A stretch of 64,000 bases of DNA, taken from an uncultured bacterium. Its GTDB lineage: Bacteria; Electryoneota; RPQS01; CBDVBD01. The notes under the pieces are model-generated. The model did no database searches and was not told the origin of the DNA. It worked only from the letters and a program-made list of their open reading frames with translations. Where the stretch lies: assembly GCA_965372135.1 (NCBI GenBank), contig CBDVBD010000001.1, forward strand, positions 3,964-67,963, read 5' to 3'. Position 1 is the stretch's first letter; each line of letters begins with the position of its first letter. This document shows positions 19,957 to 28,422 of this stretch, piece after piece. Made by a program: the position numbers and the translations under genes.

Positions 19957-21222
19957 ATGAAGAAACGGAGTAATTTTTATTCAACCATGATCGCTTTGGT
20001 GCTGCTGTCAACTACCTGTTACTTTTCGGGTAGCGCCCAAGCCGGTCAATCACCGGAAGCACTGACCAGTGCAGCGCTCAAACCAGCCACCGTCGAAGTC
20101 GGAATGTCCAGAATATTCCACCTCCGAGATGGAAATGTCGTTGCCGGGACCATCACCGCAATCGAACACGATTCCATCGCGGTGATCGAAGCCCCGGATG
20201 GCACGCTACGCATTCCCACTTGGGAGATCCTCGAGGAGATGGTGGATCTGACAAAAAACGACAACACCCGCTTCGTGGGTCCGGTCCTTTCCGAGGACGA
20301 CTACTCGATTTCCATCAAGACCCCCTATGGCGTGGTTGTGGTACTGAAGCGCGACATCCAATCCATGGATCGCTATTACGGTGACAAAAAAGTGAGCTGG
20401 GAGGAAGAGAAGCAGCGGTTCTATCCCGCTGAAGAGCTTATCGACATCTTCCTGGATCCCACTGCCTTTCCACTGCAACCGCATACCATCTATCTGAGCG
20501 GTCTATCTCTGGGCTATGGGTTTACCGAAAATTTTATGCTGCGAACCCAGTTCGGGAACAACTTTGTGTACGACCTGAACCTGCACCCCATGTTCCGCAT
20601 CTTCCGCCGTACCACTGGAACCTCGGAGATCAGCTTAGCCGTCGGTGCCAGGCTATTCAGCCATCATAAAGTTAAACAGCAAGCCGAAAAGTACAGCCAA
20701 TGGATTATCGACACAGGTCTCGATAGTTCCTTGCACGAAAAAGGCGCTGTGCTCGTGGATAGTGTGCTGGAAGATCCCGATAAAAAGGAGTTCTACTGGG
20801 AATCTTATCTGGTCCTGAGCCGCCGCCAAAATCTTCCCAGCGGTCGCGGGAAATGGGGTTGGCATTTGGGTGTGCAAACCAACTCCATGGTGCACACCAG
20901 ACCGGAATTAAATCCCGAGTATGAATGGGACGATGAGTTTGAATTCCCCTACCGGATCTGGGCAGCCATGGACTATGACCTCACCAAAAAGCTGAAATTC
21001 CTCATCGAGGTCTTTGCCGATAACGGACACAAGTTTATCACTCTCGAGGAAACCGCCCGCAGCTATTTCGATTTCGATAACACACCGTTCTCCGTGGAAA
21101 CCCAAACCGGTGACTACCAACCGGTGGACCTCGATTTCGGGTTCATCTACACCATCACGGAAGCGTTTCGGCTCGGGTTACACTTCCAGTCTCCCTACTT
21201 GGAAATCTATTGGAAATGGTAG
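19957..21222 (+). CDS. Secreted protein: two KDG-type N-domains plus beta-barrel-like C-terminal region
   Basis: ATG at 19957 preceded by GAGGAGGAAAAA (the ORF track extended it to 19741). Signal peptide. Motifs FHLRDGNVVAGTITAIEHDSIAVIEAPDGTLRIP and ISIKTPYGVVVVLKRDIQSMDRY. Ends ...YWKW. Confidence 0.5.
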   Translation: MKKRSNFYSTMIALVLLSTTCYFSGSAQAGQSPEALTSAALKPATVEVGMSRIFHLRDGNVVAGTITAIEHDSIAVIEAPDGTLRIPTWEILEEMVDLTKNDNTRFVGPVLSEDDYSISIKTPYGVVVVLKRDIQSMDRYYGDKKVSWEEEKQRFYPAEELIDIFLDPTAFPLQPHTIYLSGLSLGYGFTENFMLRTQFGNNFVYDLNLHPMFRIFRRTTGTSEISLAVGARLFSHHKVKQQAEKYSQWIIDTGLDSSLHEKGAVLVDSVLEDPDKKEFYWESYLVLSRRQNLPSGRGKWGWHLGVQTNSMVHTRPELNPEYEWDDEFEFPYRIWAAMDYDLTKKLKFLIEVFADNGHKFITLEETARSYFDFDNTPFSVETQTGDYQPVDLDFGFIYTITEAFRLGLHFQSPYLEIYWKW

Positions 21223-21243
21223 AAAACATAAGGAGACACCATC

Positions 21244-21726
21244 ATGAAGAAAATCTCGATATTACTTACGTTTTGCATGCTGCTCCATCCCCTAATTGGT
21301 TTCACGCAGCAAACAAACGGAATCGACGACGGCGATGACCTATTCCAAGCCCGTTCCATTAAGATAAACCGAATGTCGGTGGAATGGAAACACGAACCCA
21401 TGGACCTGATTTTGCAAAATGGGATAAGTTATTCCGGCAAATTCATCGCACTGCAGAATAACATCTTTCGATTACAAAGTAATGGTCAGGTTAGAGAAGT
21501 CCCGTTGAAGGATGTGAAAACCATCGTCCTGAAACGAAAGCCCCAGGACCTGCTTTTGGTTGGGTTGTCTGCCGTAGGTTTAGCCGCGTTATTTGCTGGT
21601 GGAGCGTCATTGGGCTTTGACGCATCCGATCAAACAGTTGCCGGTGCTGCTGGGGTTGGTGCAGTGGTAGGTGTTGCAATCGGTTGGCGAGCATTCTACC
21701 AAAACATCGAAATCCCAACCAAGTGA
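21244..21726 (+). CDS. Secreted small protein: KDG-type domain plus C-terminal glycine-zipper
   Basis: RBS AAGGAGA. Signal peptide. Motif LILQNGISYSGKFIALQNNIFRLQSNGQVREVPLKDVKTIVL. Gly-zipper GAAGVGAVVGVAIGW. Confidence 0.5.
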   Translation: MKKISILLTFCMLLHPLIGFTQQTNGIDDGDDLFQARSIKINRMSVEWKHEPMDLILQNGISYSGKFIALQNNIFRLQSNGQVREVPLKDVKTIVLKRKPQDLLLVGLSAVGLAALFAGGASLGFDASDQTVAGAAGVGAVVGVAIGWRAFYQNIEIPTK

Positions 21727-21895
21727 GCGAGACTATTGCAATTAGAACAATATAGGGGGCAACAGGAAAAAGAGTGAATCCTATATTCATTAGAAGTGTT
21801 TACTTTGATCACTCTAAAGGTAATATTCGATACATGCCTGCCTCTGTTGCCCCTTATTATTTGTTTCAAAAGCCCATTTGACGTCAGACTTTGGA

Positions 21896-24800
21896 TCACA
21901 CTAACTTAAATGTCTTGATTTCAAAAGGATTCAACATCAACTCTATCGGGTTTGCACATGATAACTTATCACCGTCTTCCCATTCCATCAAATTAGTATC
22001 CACTAAAAAGGCATCGGGATTCCCCACTATCAACTGCCCAGTAGACAAACGCCCTTTGGTCTCCACAATTCGCAGAATCAGACAATCTTCCTTTTCTGCC
22101 TTTTTCATCACTTCCAATGACAAACCATCTCCCTCCAGTTTCCACGGCACTACAAATTCTCCCGCATCGTACCCATTAAAAGTCGTAATGCCCCCATTCA
22201 GATGTGCCGCTTGAGCAATCACATTGGAATGGATTAACTCCCCATTATGTGGGAGAAAACTATATGTGAATTGATGTATTCCTTGATCTGCATCGGGATC
22301 GGGATTGGTCGGTGCGCGCAGCAAATTCAAATCCAACACATTGCCCAGAACTTTATGACCGTATTTACAGTCGTTCAACAGTGCCACCCCATAATCTTGC
22401 TCTGAGATGTCGGCATACTTATGAGCCGCCACCTCGAATTTCGCCGCATCCCACGATGTATTGCGATGCGTAGCACGTTGGATATACCCGTATTGAATAT
22501 CAAACGTCGCCTGATCGGTATAAACCTCCACCGGGAACGCCACCCGGAGCATCTTGTGCTTTTCCCGCCACTCAACGGTCGTATCGAAATCCAATTTCTT
22601 GCTGTGATTTGCCAACGTCACCTTCTGCTCGATGTCGGATTTTCCGACACCTAATCTGAACCGGAATCCTTGTCTGACTGGACCCCGGGGAAGGAAATCC
22701 ATACCGCTGGCTGTAGCGGTATCAATTACTGCATCTTCGTAGAAAATCTCGATTTCCCATGCGTCGAAATCATTGGGGTGATCCTCGTAGAGCGTCAACA
22801 CATTCCCCATTTTCCCTTCCGGTATAATGTTGCGCTTGACCTCCTTATCCCATGCTTGCAATAACCGTCCGTCATTATCAAATTGATACCGCACCAGGTC
22901 GTTTTCCAACACCAAACTGCTGGTGTCCACCGGAACCGGAACATCTCCTGAGGCTTTCTTGATAGTTACAAAGGAATATGGCGGAATATTAATCTGGACT
23001 ATTACCTGCTCACCTTCCCATTGCGCAGGAAGTGTATTCCCGTGCTGGTCTTCCACGCCACACTGTTGCCAGCCCTCTGGAAGCACCACCGGACCATGGT
23101 AAGGATAATGCGTACTGTTAAACGCTACCAGCGCATCGTGGCTGGGATTAAACAGCTTCTCTGCGGCTCTTTGCATCAAATCATCCAGGCTATCTAAAGC
23201 TTGCCGGTATTCCGTATGCGTCACCTGGTACACTTTGGTAATGCTGGACCCGGGCAAGATGTCGTGAAATTGATTAATCAGCACCGTTTTCCAAATCCGA
23301 TCCAATTCTTCAGAAGGGTAGAATTCCAATGGCAGACACGACCATAAAAATTCCGTCACCTTTAACTGTTGTTCCAATAATCGGTTCTGTTTCTTGACCA
23401 ACCCGTGAGTAGTCAACGTCCCTCTATGTGCTTCCAGGTACAATTCCCCCGCCCAAGTGGAGATATTATCTCGGTGTGTATCCAACCGATGGAAAAAATC
23501 CCTGGCGGTGCCGAAACGGACACGTGGCGCGCCCTCCAAATCCTCCATCCGCTTCCCCAATTCGATATTTTCCTCTTTTGGACCGCCACCGCCGTTCCCG
23601 GTGCCGAACAAGCTAATAAACTCCGGCAGGAATCCCTTTTCCTTAAACTTGTCCTGCGCCGGAACCAAAAAATCGGTGGACAGATAACTGTTATACGTGT
23701 CTTCCGGAGGGAAATGTGTAAGGACTTCGCTGCTGTCGATCCCACGCCAGATAAACGTATGATGGGGAAACTCGTTAATCTGATTCCATGACAACTTCTG
23801 AGTTATGAAATAGTCGATACCGCTTTTCTTCATAATTTGCGGCATCGATCCCGAATACCCAAACACATCCGGAAGCCAAAGGTTATCAACATCGATCCCG
23901 AATTCATCCATGAAAAAATTCTTGCCGTGCAGGATTTGCCTGACCATCGATTCCCCGCTAATTAGGTTACAGTCCGCCTCCACCCACATCCCCCCTTGCA
24001 GTTCCCACCGTCCTTCTGCTACACGTTGCTTGATCTTTCCATACAATGCCGGGTAATGTTCTTTAACGAACGCATATAACTGCGGCTGCGACGCCCCGAA
24101 CACATATTCCGGGTACTGATCCATCAGCGCGATTTGACTGGAAAATGTTCGGGCGCACTTCCGAATCGTTTCTTGCACCGTCCATAGCCATGCTGTATCG
24201 ATATGAGCATGTCCTACGGCGGTTGCCGCCAAATCCGACTCACACGTTGGTTTATCCAATTCCTGTTTTAAACGTGCTCGACACTTACCTGCATTGTCCC
24301 GATGATCGGTGAATGCATCGATCGCTGAATTGACCGTATCGATGATGCATGCCCGGCGTACACTGTCCTTGGGCAGGTGCTTGATCAATCCTATCAACGT
24401 CCGCAAGTCCAGGTGCAGCTCCCAAATTTCCTCGTCGAACACACACAACCGCATCGCAACCACTTTGGCATCGTAATACCCATATCGCTTTGGCGAATCC
24501 AACGCCGGATCCGGTTCGGTAATCACCCCGAACAGTCCGTTGGCAGCCGCTTCTACCCATAACTCGATTTCCTCACCACCGGCACAACTATCAATCAAAC
24601 GTACTACATCCCGGCTGAACTCCTCCCGGAATACCGACCCGTTGGAGATCCCCTGGAGCATTTCCCCGTCACCCGAATACACCAATCCTTCCCCGGAGAA
24701 ATCCAACCATGCCGCCACTTTCTTCCCCTTCCAACTCGTCGGAACCTGCACTTTCAGATGAAACCAGGCACTGTCCCACGTTTCCCCCCAAGAATCTCCT

Positions 24801-25012
24801 TCTCGAATCGGTGTATACTCTCCATTGAGACGATCCTGGAAAATCACTGGTTCCTTCGACCGGAATAATTCCCCATCCAAAGGTACAAAATCACTCAGAA
24901 TTTGATCACCTACACGTTCGTAGAATCGTTCGATCCGGGTCACCCGAATTTCTTCAATTTTTTCATTCATATTTCGCCAATTTTTCCGTTCTTTCGTCAA
25001 TATATCCATCAT
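21896..25012 (-). CDS. Glycoside hydrolase family 38 alpha-mannosidase
   Basis: GH38 N-terminal catalytic signature GHAHIDTAWLW...ETIRKCARTFSSQIALMDQYPEYVFGASQPQLY. 1038 aa, with a long C-terminal beta-sandwich region. Confidence 0.85.
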   Translation of the reverse strand: MMDILTKERKNWRNMNEKIEEIRVTRIERFYERVGDQILSDFVPLDGELFRSKEPVIFQDRLNGEYTPIREGDSWGETWDSAWFHLKVQVPTSWKGKKVAAWLDFSGEGLVYSGDGEMLQGISNGSVFREEFSRDVVRLIDSCAGGEEIELWVEAAANGLFGVITEPDPALDSPKRYGYYDAKVVAMRLCVFDEEIWELHLDLRTLIGLIKHLPKDSVRRACIIDTVNSAIDAFTDHRDNAGKCRARLKQELDKPTCESDLAATAVGHAHIDTAWLWTVQETIRKCARTFSSQIALMDQYPEYVFGASQPQLYAFVKEHYPALYGKIKQRVAEGRWELQGGMWVEADCNLISGESMVRQILHGKNFFMDEFGIDVDNLWLPDVFGYSGSMPQIMKKSGIDYFITQKLSWNQINEFPHHTFIWRGIDSSEVLTHFPPEDTYNSYLSTDFLVPAQDKFKEKGFLPEFISLFGTGNGGGGPKEENIELGKRMEDLEGAPRVRFGTARDFFHRLDTHRDNISTWAGELYLEAHRGTLTTHGLVKKQNRLLEQQLKVTEFLWSCLPLEFYPSEELDRIWKTVLINQFHDILPGSSITKVYQVTHTEYRQALDSLDDLMQRAAEKLFNPSHDALVAFNSTHYPYHGPVVLPEGWQQCGVEDQHGNTLPAQWEGEQVIVQINIPPYSFVTIKKASGDVPVPVDTSSLVLENDLVRYQFDNDGRLLQAWDKEVKRNIIPEGKMGNVLTLYEDHPNDFDAWEIEIFYEDAVIDTATASGMDFLPRGPVRQGFRFRLGVGKSDIEQKVTLANHSKKLDFDTTVEWREKHKMLRVAFPVEVYTDQATFDIQYGYIQRATHRNTSWDAAKFEVAAHKYADISEQDYGVALLNDCKYGHKVLGNVLDLNLLRAPTNPDPDADQGIHQFTYSFLPHNGELIHSNVIAQAAHLNGGITTFNGYDAGEFVVPWKLEGDGLSLEVMKKAEKEDCLILRIVETKGRLSTGQLIVGNPDAFLVDTNLMEWEDGDKLSCANPIELMLNPFEIKTFKLV

Positions 25013-25216
25013 CGTTATAGTCGCCCTACATGGTCAGCACCCGATAAACCATCATTATAGGAGATTTAATCGTCTGACATGTATGGTGAAACCTGTCAAT
25101 CAAATATACTGGTAACCATCTTTTTTATCAAGGGAAATTTCGGAAATGTGGGGAGCTGATTTTTAAGGAGTAACGATAATTTAGGAATGGGGTGGAAAAG
25201 AGAAAAATCTGTTGAC

Positions 25217-26560
25217 TCAGAAACGTATCGTAAATACTGTGTTTACACCAAGTACTGAACTGACGTTCATGGTGGCGCCGTGCAATCGCATGATTTGTTT
25301 TGACAAGCTTAACCCGATACCGGAACCCTCGGTTTTAGTGGTGAAGAATGGGATAAAGATTTTGTCCAGGACTTCCGCTTTTATGCCGTGTCCGTTATCT
25401 TCCACCTGGATCACCGGACACCCCCGTCCGTCGGTCCTGGCAATCATTTTGATGGTCGGATTGGGAGCGTTTTCCAGGGCTTCTACGGAATTTTTACAGA
25501 GGTTGATCAATACCTGTTCGATCATGTTGGGATCAGCGGTCAGTTCCAATGTTTCCGGGTCCACCGATACCTGGAGATCTATGGATTTTTGCCGGATTTG
25601 ATCCCCCATCAGGTTTCTTATTCGATTGAATAATTCTTCAATCAGGAATACTTCGTATTTCGGTTTGGGAATCCGGGTTAGTTTTCGGTAATCCTCCACG
25701 AAATGCAAAAGTCCATTACTGCGTTTTTCGATGGTTTTTACTGCGTTAACGATGTCATTGACAGCTTCATCCTCAGGATTGAATTTATCGGTATCAGCTG
25801 ATAACATTAATTTTGTTGTGGAGGCTAAGGAAGAGATGGGTGCGATGGAATTCATGATTTCGTGCGTTAAGGTACGGATAAGTGTCTGCCAGGCTTCCAT
25901 TTCCTTTTCTTCCAACTCCCGCTGGATGTTGGTCAACGACACCAAGGTAAAGGATTGCTGATGAGAGACGAATCCAGTGGCGTAAATCGACAATTGCAGC
26001 GATCGCTCTTCGTCCTGCAAGTTGATTTGTTCTTTCTCGCCGGGTTGGATATTTATAAGGGTGTCTGCCAGTTCCCGGCTGATGGGGGATAGCAGTTTGA
26101 TATTACGAAGGTTAGGGATTTTTAGCAGGCGTTTGGCGGCATTGTTGATCAACGTAACTTCCCCGTTCACGTCGTATGATATCAGACCCACGCCGACATG
26201 TTGGATAATGGTTTGAATGAAGCGATGATGCTCTTCCTTTTCCATCCGGATTCGCTTGAAGTTGTTCAAGACTTCGCCGAATGCATTGTGCAGGTCTTTG
26301 AATGTGGAACCTTTGGAAGTGCTGGCAAAGGGTTGCGAAAAGTCGGAATATTTTATTGATAACAGGAATCGTGTGACGTCGCGGTTGGTTTTTTCCACGT
26401 AGTGGAATAGTGCAAACACCTGATAAATAATGAGTACACCGACAATGAATACCGTGGCATACAGTTGTGTTTGGAATAGAAGATAGAGAAACAGGAATAT
26501 GGTGGCACCCAACAAAATCAGCCGCAAGGTGCAGTTTAGGCGGAACCGTTTAAAGATCAT
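25217..26560 (-). CDS. Sensor histidine kinase (2 TM, HisKA + HATPase_c)
   Basis: Two N-terminal TM helices. H-box LTHEIMNSIAPI. G-boxes EDNGHGI and GSGIGLSLSKQI. Overlaps the RR gene by 11 nt. Confidence 0.85.
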   Translation of the reverse strand: MIFKRFRLNCTLRLILLGATIFLFLYLLFQTQLYATVFIVGVLIIYQVFALFHYVEKTNRDVTRFLLSIKYSDFSQPFASTSKGSTFKDLHNAFGEVLNNFKRIRMEKEEHHRFIQTIIQHVGVGLISYDVNGEVTLINNAAKRLLKIPNLRNIKLLSPISRELADTLINIQPGEKEQINLQDEERSLQLSIYATGFVSHQQSFTLVSLTNIQRELEEKEMEAWQTLIRTLTHEIMNSIAPISSLASTTKLMLSADTDKFNPEDEAVNDIVNAVKTIEKRSNGLLHFVEDYRKLTRIPKPKYEVFLIEELFNRIRNLMGDQIRQKSIDLQVSVDPETLELTADPNMIEQVLINLCKNSVEALENAPNPTIKMIARTDGRGCPVIQVEDNGHGIKAEVLDKIFIPFFTTKTEGSGIGLSLSKQIMRLHGATMNVSSVLGVNTVFTIRF

Positions 26561-27926
26561 GCTTCTCCATCCTTCGGTACAATGAGGCTCGAGTGATGCC
26601 TAATTCCTTTGCGGCATAAGTCACGTTCCCTTCGTACTTGGTCAAGGCTTTTCTGATGATGGTTTTCTCCACGAAATCCAAGTCGAAATTATCGAATATC
26701 AAACCTTCCAGGTTTGCCACGGCAGACGGAAACAGAAAATCCGACGGTTGCAGCGTTTCGGTCTCCGCCAGGATAACGGCTCGTTCGATGGCATGCCGGA
26801 GTTCACGGATATTTCCGGGCCAATGATAACGCTGAAGCTTTTTCATGGTGGCGGAATTGATACTGTCTATGGGCTTTTTATATTTCTTGGAAAAAATCGA
26901 TACGAAGTGATCCACTAACAGCGGGATATCGTCCACACGTTTACGGAGTGGAGGTATTTGGATTTCCACGGTGTTGATGCGATAGAGCAGGTCCTGGCGA
27001 AATTCATTGCCCTGCACCATGTCATGGATATGCAAGTTGGTGGCGCATATCAAGCGAATATCGATGTCGATGGGTGCATTCGATCCCAGCCGGATTACCT
27101 GGCGGTTTTCCAATACCCGCAGCAGCTTCGCCTGCAGGGCTATCGGTACGTTTGCGATTTCGTCCAAGAAGATGGTGCCGCCGGAAGCTACTTCGAATCG
27201 ACCCGGTCGGTTTTCCTTGGCATCGGTGAAGGCACCTTTCATGTAACCAAAGAGTTCACTTTCGAACAACGTATCGGAAATCGCACCCACATCCACACTG
27301 ATAAAAACTTCATCCGCGCGTTCCGAGCCGCGGTGCAGAGCGCGTGCCACCAATTCTTTTCCCGTGCCGTTTTCCCCCAAAATCAACACATCGGCATCGG
27401 TATCCGCCACCTTTCGAATTGCGTTGAACACCTCTTGTATTGCGGAACTGACTCCGATCATTTCGTGGAAACGCTGATCGATATCGGCACTTAATTGCTT
27501 TTGGCGCGATCGGAATTTATCCACCTCACGCTGCGACTGACGCAGGTTCATTGCGGAGGATAGTGTAGCTAACAGCTTTTCGTTCTGCCAGGGTTTCAGC
27601 ACAAAGTCGGTGGCACCTTGTTTGATGGCTTTAACCGCCATTTCCACATCACCGAAAGCGGTAATCATAATCACCACCGCCGAGGGGTCGATTTCCTGAA
27701 TCTTTTCCAACCAGTGAAACCCTTCCAATCCGCTGGTTACATCCTCGGTAAAATTCATGTCCAGCAGGATAACATCGTAGGTCTCATTCTGTAGCAACGA
27801 TGGGATATGGTCGGGATTTTTTTCCGTGTGTACCACTGAGATATGCTGCTTGAGGAACATCTGTGCAGCAAGGAGGATATCCTCATTATCATCGACGATC
27901 AGGATTCTCCCGGAAACCTTAGCCAT
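26550..27926 (-). CDS. Sigma-54-dependent response regulator (NtrC family)
   Basis: REC (RILIVDDNEDI...LLDMNF), AAA+ sigma-54 domain (GENGTGKE, ESELFGYMKGAFT) and HTH. The ORF track starts at 27950 (MIDKKVDLMAK...). The Met at 27926 is preferred because it has AAAAAGG upstream and is the typical REC start. Confidence 0.9.
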   Translation of the reverse strand: MAKVSGRILIVDDNEDILLAAQMFLKQHISVVHTEKNPDHIPSLLQNETYDVILLDMNFTEDVTSGLEGFHWLEKIQEIDPSAVVIMITAFGDVEMAVKAIKQGATDFVLKPWQNEKLLATLSSAMNLRQSQREVDKFRSRQKQLSADIDQRFHEMIGVSSAIQEVFNAIRKVADTDADVLILGENGTGKELVARALHRGSERADEVFISVDVGAISDTLFESELFGYMKGAFTDAKENRPGRFEVASGGTIFLDEIANVPIALQAKLLRVLENRQVIRLGSNAPIDIDIRLICATNLHIHDMVQGNEFRQDLLYRINTVEIQIPPLRKRVDDIPLLVDHFVSIFSKKYKKPIDSINSATMKKLQRYHWPGNIRELRHAIERAVILAETETLQPSDFLFPSAVANLEGLIFDNFDLDFVEKTIIRKALTKYEGNVTYAAKELGITRASLYRRMEKHDL

Positions 27927-27962
27927 GAGATCAACCTTTTTATCAATCATCTGTTGTCTCGT

Positions 27963-27991
27963 AATATATGGATTTACAGCGATATTGTCAA
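27963..27991 (-). promoter_or_regulatory. Sigma-70-like promoter for the RR-HK(-GH38) unit (minus strand TTGACA-17-TATATT)
   Basis: Minus-strand reading: TTGACA (27986-27991), 17-nt spacer, TATATT (27963-27968). Confidence 0.35.
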
Positions 27992-27997
27992 GTATTG

Positions 27998-28015
27998 GTG
28001 AATGAAAATATTCAC
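27998..28015. promoter_or_regulatory. Perfect palindrome GTGAAT-N6-ATTCAC (candidate operator/activator site)
   Basis: GTGAATgaaaatATTCAC, immediately adjacent to the minus-strand -35 element. Confidence 0.3.
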
Positions 28016-28134
28016 TTGTGATTTCGGATTACTTCTGTATGGCAAATATCATTCCACATGCGCAAATTTATATACTGAGAAACCAGCGGCTAAGGCTCAG
28101 CAGCGGTTAAGCATGATAAGTAGTTAGCCTTTAG

Positions 28135-28150
28135 TGTCCGATATCGGACA
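28135..28150. promoter_or_regulatory. Perfect 16-bp palindrome TGTCCGATATCGGACA (candidate enhancer/UAS for the NtrC-type activator)
   Basis: Lies about 210 bp upstream of the sigma-54 -24/-12 element, with AT-rich (IHF-like) DNA in between. Confidence 0.35.
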
Positions 28151-28360
28151 TTAGTTGACCGGAACCGAACACTGGACGCCGATTGTCAGGTAATATCAGG
28201 ATTAGTCTGGAGTGGGTGAACTGGGGGAATGGTCAAAGGAATCGCATGTGGATATGAAATTGTATTATGATAATTATAATATAGATACAACATGAATAGG
28301 ATTTCCGATTTTGTCATTGTTGGAATTTAAGTACGTATGATATATTATATATACCCGCAT

Positions 28361-28375
28361 TGGCACCAATCTTGC
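28361..28375 (+). promoter_or_regulatory. Sigma-54 (RpoN) promoter TGGCAC-N5-TTGC
   Basis: Exact GG-N10-GC consensus (TTGGCACCAATCTTGCC). Predicted TSS near 28387. The first gene's ATG is at 28423. Confidence 0.6.
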
Positions 28376-28422
28376 CTAATATAATGAACATAGAATTGCT
28401 ATTTTCTGAGGAATGGAAGATC

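Noticed and set aside
23405-23791. Cluster of short plus-strand ORFs (23405-23791, 23428-23616, 23457-23687) opposite the GH38 gene.
   Set aside because: Overlapping antisense frames inside a well-supported 1038-aa GH38 coding region. No independent support.
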